64,000 nt of DNA from Candidatus Woesearchaeota archaeon (GCA_964513145.1 CAZELK010000005.1:21488-85487), one strand, 5' to 3'. Shown: positions 1-8,802, counted from the stretch's first letter. Translations and numbers: made by a program. Notes: generated by a model from the sequence alone, not told the origin.

Positions 1-2
1 AT

Positions 3-3000
3 ATTTTAGTAAATAATTCTGCTTCATTACAAATAGTGCAGAATATTACATTAAGTGCATGGATTAAATTTGACTACAATACCACTAATTATTCAAGCAT
101 TTATACAAATATTTCATCACAGGGAATTATAGACAAGGGAGATTATGGCTTATACTTTGATGAAAATACTGGGACTATTAATTTTAAATTAGACAATAAA
201 TCTGCTGTAGAAAACTGGACTTTAAGTTATAATGGTGCTGGAAATTTAACTTACTCACTAAAAGAATATAATGGGTATTTGTATGCTGGTAAAGGAAATG
301 CATCTAGAGAAGGAGATATTTATTACTGTAACCCTGCTTTTAATACAACTGGGTCAATAAAGATTTGTGATCCTGACGAATGGTTCTTAAGTTATGATGG
401 TAATAATAATACTATATTTGCTCTTGAAGTGTTTAATAGTAAATTGTATATGGGGCAAGGCAGTCTTAGAACTGGTGATGGAGACATATATGTTTGCTTT
501 GCCAATAATACTGGAAATATAAATATCTGTGATGGAAATTCAGACTGGGCAATCTCATATAATGGTGCTGAGGAGGAAATACTTTCTTTGTATAAGTTTA
601 ATGGTAGGTTATATGCTGGACAAGGAAGCGGTTCAAATGATGGTGACTTATTTATATGTAGACCAAATCAAACTGGGGACATAAATCTTTGTGATAATAA
701 TGATTGGGGTATAAGTAGATTAAATGCTGCTACTGGGTTAACTTCAATTAAGAGTTTTAATAATAAATTATATTTCTCTCAGGGCAAAGGTAGTCAGAGT
801 GCTGATCTTGAAGTGTGCAATCCAGAACTAAATACAACTAATTTGGGGGAAGGATTAAAAGAATGTGATAGAGATGAATGGATGATTTCAAGTTCTATAG
901 GGGCTTACGGTTCCTGGTCTTTGGAGACATTTAATGGCTACTTATTTTCTGGCGGGTTTGGAGCTCCACCACCAACAGAGATTTTAATGTGTAATCCAAT
1001 ATATAATTTAACTGGAGATAACACAATTTGCGATGGCAATAATGAATGGTTTACAGTTTTTGATAGTTCTGAAGCTAAAATTACTTCTTTAAAGGCATAT
1101 AATGGAAAATTATATATTGGGGAGGGCAATAGTTTCAGTTCTGGTGGCAGTATTCTAGTTTGTAACCCTTCAGCAAATCAGTCTAATACAAATTTAACAA
1201 GTTGTGAAAAAAACTATTTTGAGTGGAATAGAAGTTTTTTAGGTTCTGGGGGTGAAGTTAATGCATTTGAAATCTTTAATGGGCATTTGTATGCTGGTGT
1301 TGGTTTGGGTTATGGAAATGTAACTGATGATATTTTAGTATTGGGTTACAATAATTCTGAAACTGTTAATTCCACAACTACAATATGGGAAAAAGACAGG
1401 TGGTATCATGTTGCTGCAACTTACAATGGATCTTCCATGAATTTATATGTAAATGGTATTTTAGAAGGAACAAAAGCAGCACCTATGATGATAGAGCAAA
1501 ATATAACTAATTTGTTTGTTGGTTATGATTCTGGTTATGGTTACTTTAATGGCACTATAGATGAGATAGCAATATGGAATAGAAGTTTATCAGATATAGA
1601 AGTAGCTAACTTATTCAATCTTAGTTACAAAAAATATTTCTGGAAAGCGAATGGAACAGATTTAGCTGGAAATACAAATAATACCGGAATATTTGAATTT
1701 AACCTTACAACTGGAGTTTCAAATACAGCCCCAAACAATGCAACTCCATACATATTTGCTCAACCATTTACATCAAACACAGTAATAAGAACAAACAGTT
1801 CATTAAATGCCAGTTCTTTTGTGCAAGATCCGAATGCAGATTCAATGATAGCAGAAATAGTTTTCTGGAGAAACACAACAGTTGAACACTTCAGGATTAA
1901 CAGGACAAATATCGCAAGTTCATCAAATGCCTCATATACATTAACAGAAAACCAGACGAATAAATTCTTTAAAGGAGAAAATTGGACAGCAGCATTCAGA
2001 GTAAATGATGGTACAATAAGTTCTAACTGGGTAAATGCATCAATATTAATCTCAAATACTCAGCCAGAAAATTCAAACACGACTATAAGACCATTATCAC
2101 CAATAAAGACAGACTCATTAAATTGTTCTTTCACGTATATAGATACAAACAATGATGCAGGCATAGCAACAATAATCTGGTACAATAACAGTAAAGAACA
2201 TTTCAGAACAAACATAAGTATAGCAAACAACTCAAACAACACAATAGTATCTTACACATTAACAAGAAACAATACTAATGCATTTTTAAGAAGTGAAACT
2301 TGGACTTGTGCAGCAATAGTCAATGACGGAGTAATAAACAGTGACTGGTTCAATGCAAGTGTAACAATACAAAACATCCAGCCAAATAATGCAAGTCCAA
2401 TAATAAATCCAAATAACCCAGATACAAATGATGACTTAAATGCGTCTTCGTTAATTTCTGATTCAGATGCAGACTTAATGACAGCAGAAATAGTTTTCTG
2501 GAACGGAAGCAGAGAACATTTCAGAACTAATATAACCAGCATATCAAATAACTCATATGCTTCTTATAAATTAATAAAGAATTCAACAAATATATTTACT
2601 AGCGGGGAAAACTGGACAGCAGCATTTAAAGTAACAGACAATTCAAGTTCATCTTCTGACTGGGTAAATGCTTCTGTATTAATTGCAAGTGCAACTTCTC
2701 CTGTTGTAACAGAACAAACACAAGCTGGCGGTTCAAGCAGCGGGATAAGCAGCGGGTTTGAAGAAAAATCAAGTATACAAAGTGTAGAATTATTGCAACA
2801 AGGCAACTTATATCAATATAAATTATTAGCACCAGGTCAAAATGTAATAGAATTAAATGACAAATTATTAAGCACAGAATCACTGAATATTTTTGCTTCT
2901 AATTTAATGAATGATGTTGAAATTAAAATAGAAGAACTAGAAAGATTGCCTTCTAAATATACTAAAGATTTAAACTATGCCCATAAATACATTAGTATAG

Positions 3001-3704
3001 AGACTCATAACTTTTTAGATTCTTTAGTGACAAACAGGGAGCTTGTATTTAAATTATCAAAATCCCTCACAAAAGATAAAAAGGCTTCTTTATATTTATT
3101 TGAAGAAACAAAAGATAAATGGATTAAATTAAATACTTTCCAAATTAAAGATGAAAGTAATTTTGTATATTATAAAGCAATATTGCCTCACTTAAGTTTA
3201 TTTGCAATCAAATTAGACAATACTGGAATAGATGAGCTTGTAAAATTAGAAGACATCAGGGAAAAAATAAGTGACAATTTTGATCCTTCTGAAAATAAAT
3301 CATTATATGAAAGATTTATGCTATTGTCTTTCTTGCTGATAGTATTATTTAATATTATTTTACTACACTTTGTATTATTAGGTTTGGCATTTTTAATTAT
3401 CTGGCCTTTTGCAGAGATTATAAAACTCATAAACAAACTCTCAAGTAAAAAATCAAAGTACACAGACTTTGCCAATAGAATAGAATTTTCCACAAATAAG
3501 ATATTATCTTATATTGAGATAACTTTAGCAGCTTCTTTCATTATTTATGTGCTTATCGGGTATAATATAAATATAATAAAAACCAACATTACAAAAGATA
3601 TTATAATTTCCATGGCATTGCAAGCAGCAAATATCCTATTAATTGCCTATATTTTGTTCTTGCAGGCAGAATTAAAAAGATTTAGAGGAAAAATAAAAAA
3701 ATAA
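3..3704 (+). CDS. Large surface glycoprotein (5' truncated by window edge): LamG/concanavalin-like domain with inserted 7-blade beta-propeller, three Ig-like repeats, PGF-pre-PGF-like domain, C-terminal TM helices
   Basis: Frame is open from base 3. LamG motifs ITLSAWIK, WYHVAATYNGSSMNLYVNG and FNGTIDEIAIWNRSL. Seven (F/Y)NGxLY repeats, three ~100-aa repeats ending VNASxxI, ILPHLSLFAI motif, many N-x-S/T sequons and a hydrophobic C-terminus. Confidence 0.85.
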   Translation: MLVNNSASLQIVQNITLSAWIKFDYNTTNYSSIYTNISSQGIIDKGDYGLYFDENTGTINFKLDNKSAVENWTLSYNGAGNLTYSLKEYNGYLYAGKGNASREGDIYYCNPAFNTTGSIKICDPDEWFLSYDGNNNTIFALEVFNSKLYMGQGSLRTGDGDIYVCFANNTGNINICDGNSDWAISYNGAEEEILSLYKFNGRLYAGQGSGSNDGDLFICRPNQTGDINLCDNNDWGISRLNAATGLTSIKSFNNKLYFSQGKGSQSADLEVCNPELNTTNLGEGLKECDRDEWMISSSIGAYGSWSLETFNGYLFSGGFGAPPPTEILMCNPIYNLTGDNTICDGNNEWFTVFDSSEAKITSLKAYNGKLYIGEGNSFSSGGSILVCNPSANQSNTNLTSCEKNYFEWNRSFLGSGGEVNAFEIFNGHLYAGVGLGYGNVTDDILVLGYNNSETVNSTTTIWEKDRWYHVAATYNGSSMNLYVNGILEGTKAAPMMIEQNITNLFVGYDSGYGYFNGTIDEIAIWNRSLSDIEVANLFNLSYKKYFWKANGTDLAGNTNNTGIFEFNLTTGVSNTAPNNATPYIFAQPFTSNTVIRTNSSLNASSFVQDPNADSMIAEIVFWRNTTVEHFRINRTNIASSSNASYTLTENQTNKFFKGENWTAAFRVNDGTISSNWVNASILISNTQPENSNTTIRPLSPIKTDSLNCSFTYIDTNNDAGIATIIWYNNSKEHFRTNISIANNSNNTIVSYTLTRNNTNAFLRSETWTCAAIVNDGVINSDWFNASVTIQNIQPNNASPIINPNNPDTNDDLNASSLISDSDADLMTAEIVFWNGSREHFRTNITSISNNSYASYKLIKNSTNIFTSGENWTAAFKVTDNSSSSSDWVNASVLIASATSPVVTEQTQAGGSSSGISSGFEEKSSIQSVELLQQGNLYQYKLLAPGQNVIELNDKLLSTESLNIFASNLMNDVEIKIEELERLPSKYTKDLNYAHKYISIETHNFLDSLVTNRELVFKLSKSLTKDKKASLYLFEETKDKWIKLNTFQIKDESNFVYYKAILPHLSLFAIKLDNTGIDELVKLEDIREKISDNFDPSENKSLYERFMLLSFLLIVLFNIILLHFVLLGLAFLIIWPFAEIIKLINKLSSKKSKYTDFANRIEFSTNKILSYIEITLAASFIIYVLIGYNINIIKTNITKDIIISMALQAANILLIAYILFLQAELKRFRGKIKK

Positions 3705-3717
3705 TAAAGTCTTTAAC

Positions 3718-3806
3718 AGAAGTTTGAATAGTTCCTATTTTTTGTAATTTTTTCTGTATAATTCAATAATTTTGATGTCTTGAAAAATTAAATATTTTCA
3801 AAATTA
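3718..3806. repeat. ~89-bp direct repeat, copy 1 (copy 2 at 6691-6780)
   Basis: agaagtttgaatagttcctattttttgtaattttttctgtataattcaataattttgatgtcttgaaaaattaaatattttcaaaatta aligns with 6691-6780; the central ~45 bp are identical. Confidence 0.9.
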
Positions 3807-3857
3807 ATTAAAGCCTCATCACTTAATAAGTCCCGTTCTGTCATTTCTTTTTTAAGT

Positions 3858-4241
3858 CTATATTTCTACACATACTTCAGAATTTTTTAATAAAGAAGGA
3901 GATTTTCTAATTATATTCTGTACTCTTTCAATAACTTTATTTCTTTTAACTATTTCAAAAGCAAGTTGCACGAATATAACATTATTTTCTACTTTAATAT
4001 CAAAATCCCATTTCTTAATTTCTTTTAAGGATTCTTTTTCAACTTTAAACATATTAGAAGCATTGAAAATTTGTATTCCCGTAATAAAACTTTCTTTATC
4101 AATATCCAAAACAATATCTTCAAATTCTATAGATCTGAAATATTCTCTATCTTTAATTTTAAAAAATAGAATATCATGTACATAATCGTAATCAACTTCT
4201 CCATTTCCTCTTGCATCAAGATGTTTTATTTCCATTTTCAT
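3858..4241 (-). CDS. DUF2283-like protein (putative antitoxin partner)
   Basis: DYDYVHDILFF...DIVLDIDKESFITGIQIFNAS pattern; overlaps the upstream DUF4258-like gene (ATGA-type overlap). Confidence 0.65.
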   Translation of the reverse strand: MKMEIKHLDARGNGEVDYDYVHDILFFKIKDREYFRSIEFEDIVLDIDKESFITGIQIFNASNMFKVEKESLKEIKKWDFDIKVENNVIFVQLAFEIVKRNKVIERVQNIIRKSPSLLKNSEVCVEI

Positions 4242-4555
4242 ATTTTCGGTAAAGTTTCAGTTATATAAAATGTTATTATTTCAATATTATCTTTTTTAAT
4301 CTCAAATATTATCCTTAAATAGCCTTCTTTTCTATTAAAAAAGGCGGCATAGTTGTTATTTCCTTGTATTCCAACTAATACTGGCTTCTCTTCAGTTAAA
4401 ATATTAATAAGTTGCTCGTCCTTATATACCTTTCTTTGCATTTCATTTAGTCTAAAATAAGCATGCGAATTGACTATTATTTTATTTAAAAATCTGTTAA
4501 TAAGCTCTTTAAATTCTTTATAATCAACTCTTTTTATTATCCTTGTTGAAGGCAT
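4238..4555 (-). CDS. DUF4258-like (RelE-fold) putative toxin
   Basis: NSHAYFRL start motif and C-terminal LRIIFEIKKDNIEIITFY; paired with a DUF2283-like gene. Confidence 0.55.
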   Translation of the reverse strand: MPSTRIIKRVDYKEFKELINRFLNKIIVNSHAYFRLNEMQRKVYKDEQLINILTEEKPVLVGIQGNNNYAAFFNRKEGYLRIIFEIKKDNIEIITFYITETLPKI

Positions 4556-4705
4556 AAAAGTAGTTAATTGCTAGTATTAAAAAATTTATCTATCAAAATT
4601 TTAGTAGTAATTAGAAGAAATTAAAAAGAAAATTAGAGTTGATTTTAGTAGAAATCTTCAGAAGCTAACAAGTTATAAACTTTTATTTTTCGCCTTTTGC
4701 TAATT

Positions 4706-4855
4706 TCAAAGCCTTCCATCATCTTTCTTTTCTATATTCTCCGGAATCTTCTCCCCAAAATAAACTTCTTTTGTAATTACATTATTTTTTCTCCTAAAAG
4801 AATGCTGTAAGTAAAAATAAAAGTTATTTCCTTTTTTTTTTTTTATTATTCTCAT
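4706..4855 (-). pseudogene. 49-codon N-terminal gene fragment (resembles N-termini of DPANN Fic-family proteins)
   Basis: Manual translation MRIIKKKKGNNFYFYLQHSFRRKNNVITKEVYFGEKIPENIEKKDDGRL*; no downstream domain. Confidence 0.4.
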
Positions 4856-4926
4856 AACTATTATTACCATTAAATTATGTTTAGAGAAGTTTGAATAGTT
4901 CCTATTTATTACCGCTTTTATTGATA

Positions 4927-5714
4927 TTAAATTAATAATTCAATTACTCTTTTAATTTCTTCAGGACTATGATTAAGTTGTTGACTAGCTATTGCAAAAT
5001 CAGTTTTAGTAATTGTTTTTAATATTTTATAAATATTTTTCAGAGGAATAAAACCAGCAGTTTTGCCTTTAATTTCTTGATTTTTAATTTTTGAATACCA
5101 AAGCAATGCAAACATATCACAGATATCTTTTATTTTTTTGTGTTCTCTGTCTCTAAATTTTAAAGCGTTTATTTTAGTCGCAAGTAATAGTTCTGGTTTT
5201 GGAAGCCATAATTTTTTGTTAAATTGTTTTAATTCTTCTCTATATATACTTTATTTTCAAAAACAAACCTTAATAGCGGTTCATCAGCTGGTTGAAAATG
5301 AAATACTTGTTTAAATTTATCGGGTATAAAATCAACTAATAGATCAATGTATAAGGGAAAAGTAAAATGAGCAGGAACTTTTTGTCCTTCCTGAATTTCT
5401 TCTTCTGTTTCAGTATGCAGTTCTTTTAATAATCTAAATGATAAAGGTTTAAAATTTAACTTATTTTGTAATAATTCCATTGATTTCTCTAAAGAAGAAT
5501 TCTTCATTTGTTCTAATGTTGATTCTTTATCAAAATGAAATCCTAAATCAATATCTCTACTTCCTAAATAAGGTCTTCCTTGTGCTTTTTGAAAATTCTT
5601 ATTAACATGAAGAAATACAGCCCATCCGCCCAAAATACAAACTGGTTCTTGAAGTACTAAAATTACTTTTTGTAAATAATTATAAGATGTTCTTGTTTCA
5701 AATTCTAAATACAT
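4927..5714 (-). pseudogene. AbiEii-like nucleotidyltransferase, frameshifted at a TA dinucleotide run near 5241-5248
   Basis: ILGGWAV and SRDIDLGF NTase motifs. Removing one TA from gtatatatagag joins it in frame to LWLPKPELLLATKINAL...KKIKDICDMFALL (ORF 4927-5115 is the tail). Confidence 0.75.
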
Positions 5715-5715
5715 T

Positions 5716-6288
5716 TTATTTTAATTTTTTAAGAAGCATTTCAGCAGCTTCTTCACAAGGTCCCCCTTCTGTAAATAAATCAATAATCAATTGAGGGATT
5801 GAAACTATAAATAAATTATTAATTTTTCTTTTTTTGTACATAACATGTTCATCTTCAATTATTAATCTTACATTACCTTTTCCATATAATCCTTCTTTGG
5901 TCATTATTTTATGCCATTTTTCTAAATCCTCTTCTTTAATATAAACATCTACTCTAGAGGGAAATAAATATTGCTGAACTAAATTTTCAGCTTGATAAGT
6001 TGTCAAAGCATAATCTAAATTTGCTTTTTTTAATAATTTTAAAGGCTCTTTAATCATATATTCTCTATATTTTTTTGATTTTTTATGGATTTTTAGCCAA
6101 TATTTAAGAACTTCTTTAGAATTAAGGACTTTAGTATTTTTAATTAATTTCTTCTTTTCTAATTCTCTTAAAAATAATATTATCCATTGTCTTGTACAGC
6201 CAGATCTTTTAGATAATTCATTTTTGCTTAATTGTTCTGGTTCAGACAATAATACTCTTAAAATTCTTTCTTTTTTATTTCCTCGCAT
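5716..6288 (-). CDS. HTH plus AbiEi-type antitoxin (type IV TA) domain
   Basis: N-terminal wHTH (LSKNELSKRSGCTRQW), YALTTYQAEN...SRVDVYI and IVSIPQLIIDL; lies upstream of the AbiEii-like gene. Confidence 0.7.
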   Translation of the reverse strand: MRGNKKERILRVLLSEPEQLSKNELSKRSGCTRQWIILFLRELEKKKLIKNTKVLNSKEVLKYWLKIHKKSKKYREYMIKEPLKLLKKANLDYALTTYQAENLVQQYLFPSRVDVYIKEEDLEKWHKIMTKEGLYGKGNVRLIIEDEHVMYKKRKINNLFIVSIPQLIIDLFTEGGPCEEAAEMLLKKLK

Positions 6289-6290
6289 AG

Positions 6291-6329
6291 ATGTAAGTAA
6301 CTCAATTAATATATAAAGCTTACTTACAT
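6291..6329. promoter_or_regulatory. Perfect 10-bp inverted repeat flanking the TATA box of the AbiE operon
   Basis: ATGTAAGTAA (6291-6300) and TTACTTACAT (6320-6329) enclose minus-strand TTTATATA, directly upstream of the 6288 start. Confidence 0.7.
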
Positions 6330-6397
6330 GTAATTAAAATGAAGGATTTGATTATCTATAAGAATATTAAACTAAGAAGTCATTTATTTTTATGTTA

Positions 6398-6579
6398 TTA
6401 GATTATTTCAAGTTTTTTTAACATGCTTAAGATTTCATGCGATATTTCAGTATTATTTCTTATTTCTTGATAAGCAAGCTTCCAGTTCATGGGTTTGCCA
6501 TCAAGTACAATAACAACATTTTCTCTTTCTTTTAAAGGCAGATTAGAATAAATTTTAAAAAAAGCTTTTTCTCATCCAT
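6398..6579 (-). pseudogene. Small DPANN-type hypothetical gene with a 1-nt frameshift near its 5' end
   Basis: ATG at 6579 (MDEK) is out of frame with AFFKIYSNLPLKERENVVIVLDGKPMNWKLAYQEIRNNTEISHEILSMLKKLEII*; the shift falls in A/T homopolymers. Confidence 0.5.
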
Positions 6580-6621
6580 GTCATTATTTGATGTAGAAAT
6601 ATTATTAAATTTTTGCATATC

Positions 6622-6686
6622 TATTTTAACTTTTTAAGAAGCATTTCAGCAGCTTCTTCACAAGGTCCTCTTTCAGTAAGTAGATA
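6622..6686 (-). repeat. Orphan duplicate of the 3' end of the AbiEi-like gene (5717-5781)
   Basis: ttaagaagcatttcagcagcttcttcacaaggtcc occurs at both loci; encodes DLLTERGPCEEAAEMLLKKLK*. Confidence 0.85.
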
Positions 6687-6690
6687 ACAT

Positions 6691-6780
6691 AGAAGTTTTA
6701 ATAATTCTTATTTTTTGTAATTTTTTCTGTATAATTCAATAATTTTGATGTCTTGAAGAATTAAATATTTTTAAAAATTA
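6691..6780. repeat. ~89-bp direct repeat, copy 2
   Basis: Aligns with 3718-3806. Confidence 0.9.
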
Positions 6781-6824
6781 TGAGAGAGAATAAGGTTTAA
6801 AAGCTATTAAAACCTTGTTAATTT

Positions 6825-7826
6825 ATGATAAAGATAGATGGGCAGCATTCTGGAGGGCAGACTTTACGTACCAGTCTAAGTTTATCAATTTTAACTCAAA
6901 AACCTTTCAAAATAATAAATATAAGGGGCAAAAGAGAAAATCCTGGTTTGCAACACCAGCATTTGACAGCAGTTAATGCATCAAAAAACATATGCAATGC
7001 CAAAGTTAAGGGCAATGTATTACATTCTAAAGAACTTGAATTTACACCTTCCAAAGTTATTCCTGGAAGGTACAATTTTGATATAGGGAGTGCAGGTTCA
7101 ACTACATTAGTTTTGGAAACACTTATGCCACCATTGTTATTTGCAAAAGAAAAATCAGTCTTGAAAATAATTGGAGGGACTTCGAATCCTTTAGCTCCAC
7201 CAGCTCTGCATATAAAAGGTGTTCTCTTATGGTATTTAAAAAATTTAGGCATAAATGTTGAAATCAATGTTGAAAAGGAAGGTTTTGTTCCAAAAGGCGG
7301 TGGAAGAATTTTAGCAAAAATTTCACCTTGCAAGAAACTAAAACCTTTGGACTTAACTGAACGAGGATCTTTAAATAAAATCTGTGTTTTTGCTGTTTCG
7401 TCACAAAGCTTAAGAGACAAAGATGTTGCAAGCAGATTGCTAGATGGATTTACCAAAGTTATTAATGATAATTTAGAACCACATAAACAATATGTTGAAT
7501 CTTTGGATCCTGGTTGTTTTATTTCAGCTATTGCTGATTACAATAACTCCAGAATAGGATATACTAATCTTGGCACTTTGAAAGTTAAAGCTGAAGATGT
7601 TGGCAGAGAATGCGCAAATAAATTATTACTTGAAATTAATTCTAATTCAACTGTTGATTATTTTACTGCAGACCAATTATTGATTTACATGGCTTTGAGC
7701 GGAAAAGGCAGAATAATTACAAGCCAAATAACAGACCATATAAAAGACAATATAGACATAATAGAGAAATTCCTGGATGTTAAATTTACAGTTAAAGATA
7801 ATGAAATAAGTGTTGATAAAAAATAA
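6825..7826 (+). CDS. rtcA: RNA 3'-terminal phosphate cyclase
   Basis: GGQTLRTSLSLS, RENPGLQHQHL, GSAGSTTLVL, GFVPKGGG, ADQLL and the catalytic His in ITDHIKDN. Confidence 0.93.
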   Translation: MIKIDGQHSGGQTLRTSLSLSILTQKPFKIINIRGKRENPGLQHQHLTAVNASKNICNAKVKGNVLHSKELEFTPSKVIPGRYNFDIGSAGSTTLVLETLMPPLLFAKEKSVLKIIGGTSNPLAPPALHIKGVLLWYLKNLGINVEINVEKEGFVPKGGGRILAKISPCKKLKPLDLTERGSLNKICVFAVSSQSLRDKDVASRLLDGFTKVINDNLEPHKQYVESLDPGCFISAIADYNNSRIGYTNLGTLKVKAEDVGRECANKLLLEINSNSTVDYFTADQLLIYMALSGKGRIITSQITDHIKDNIDIIEKFLDVKFTVKDNEISVDKK

Positions 7827-7853
7827 TTTATTTTTAAAAGTCTTTCAAAAAAA

Positions 7854-7908
7854 CTGAAAGGTTTTCGGATTTTTTAAAAACTTTCCTAAAAGTACGAAAA
7901 TATCCTGT
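7854..7908. promoter_or_regulatory. Tandem 15-bp palindromic boxes (consensus CCGAAAA-N-TTTTCGG), 20-bp period
   Basis: CTGAAAGGTTTTCGG at 7854, with degenerate copies at 7874 and 7894; upstream of the LAGLIDADG gene at 7987. Confidence 0.55.
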
Positions 7909-7986
7909 ACTGTAAAAAAATTACATCTAGAACCTATTTTAAAGTTTAAATAAAATATTAAATAATTTAAAGTATTAATTAGGGGT

Positions 7987-8601
7987 ATGGAAATTCCTCC
8001 GTTTACAAATGAGCTTGCGGAATTTGTAGGTATTTTATTGGGTGATGGTTATATAAGTCAAAATGATTATGAAGTTAAGATTTCGCTTGATAAAATTAAA
8101 GATAAAGAGTATGTCTTTTTTGTAAAAAATTTAATTTTTAATTTATTTAATATTCAAGCTAAAGCCTATCCGCGTTCTTGTGATGGTACTACAGATATAA
8201 GAATATCTAATAAAGAGTTTCATCATTATTTAACAAATGGTTTAAAGTTACAACAATCTCCTAAATTTAATCGAGCTATTATTCCAAATGAATTTTATAA
8301 TAAAGAATGCTTCTATCCTTTTTTATTACGCGGTTATTTTGATACTGATGGATGCATAACTGATACTGATAATAATGGCGTTAGATACCCAAGAGTTGAA
8401 ATGAAAATATGTAAGTCTCCAATGCAATCTCAATATATAAAAATCCTTAAAAATTTAGGAATTAGATTTGGATCTTATAGAATCGAGAATGAGGCGATTA
8501 GAATACAAATCAACGGTAAAAATGAATTAAAAAAATGGATGTTATTTATTGGTTCAGATAATCTAAAAAATATAAAAAAAGCACAAAATTTTAAAAAATA
8601 G
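7987..8601 (+). CDS. Free-standing LAGLIDADG homing endonuclease-like protein (HEG1)
   Basis: Two motifs, LAEFVGILLGDGYI and LLRGYFDTDGCI; no intein splicing residues. Its TAG stop overlaps tRNA positions 71-73. Confidence 0.85.
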   Translation: MEIPPFTNELAEFVGILLGDGYISQNDYEVKISLDKIKDKEYVFFVKNLIFNLFNIQAKAYPRSCDGTTDIRISNKEFHHYLTNGLKLQQSPKFNRAIIPNEFYNKECFYPFLLRGYFDTDGCITDTDNNGVRYPRVEMKICKSPMQSQYIKILKNLGIRFGSYRIENEAIRIQINGKNELKKWMLFIGSDNLKNIKKAQNFKK

Positions 8602-8764
8602 CGGAGAGTGGATTTGAACCACTGACCTAAACCCCAATATTTTTTTAGATATTGATCGGGTGTCTAAGACACGCATATGAGCCCATTCCGCTAATTTTAC
8701 TTAGTGACGGACACTCCTGGCTGTCCTATTGCAGTTGTAAGATTTTTTCTTAACAATCTCCGCT
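8599..8764 (-). tRNA. Initiator tRNA-Met(CAT) with four introns: 7/8 (8729-8757, 29 nt), 28/29 (8685-8705, 21 nt), 37/38 (8662-8675, 14 nt), 43/44 (8629-8655, 27 nt)
   Basis: Spliced product AGCGGAG-TA-GGAC-AGCCAGGAGT-GTCC-G-TCGGG-CTCATAA-CCCGA-AGGTC-AGTGG-TTCAAAT-CCACT-CTCCGCT-A is a fully paired cloverleaf with A1:U72 and G29-31:C39-41 initiator marks. Each intron has a 4-bp central helix and 3-nt bulge register. Confidence 0.9.
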
Positions 8765-8802
8765 ATAGTTGGAGTGCCATTAAAAATTAGCTTGAAATGT
8801 CT

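Noticed and set aside
3718-6780. Integron cassette array
   Set aside because: No attC-type core sites or long imperfect palindromes, and no integrase in the window.
7650-7750. Loss of the RtcA catalytic His (VDYFTADQ)
   Set aside because: The catalytic His lies downstream and is present (ITDHIKDN).
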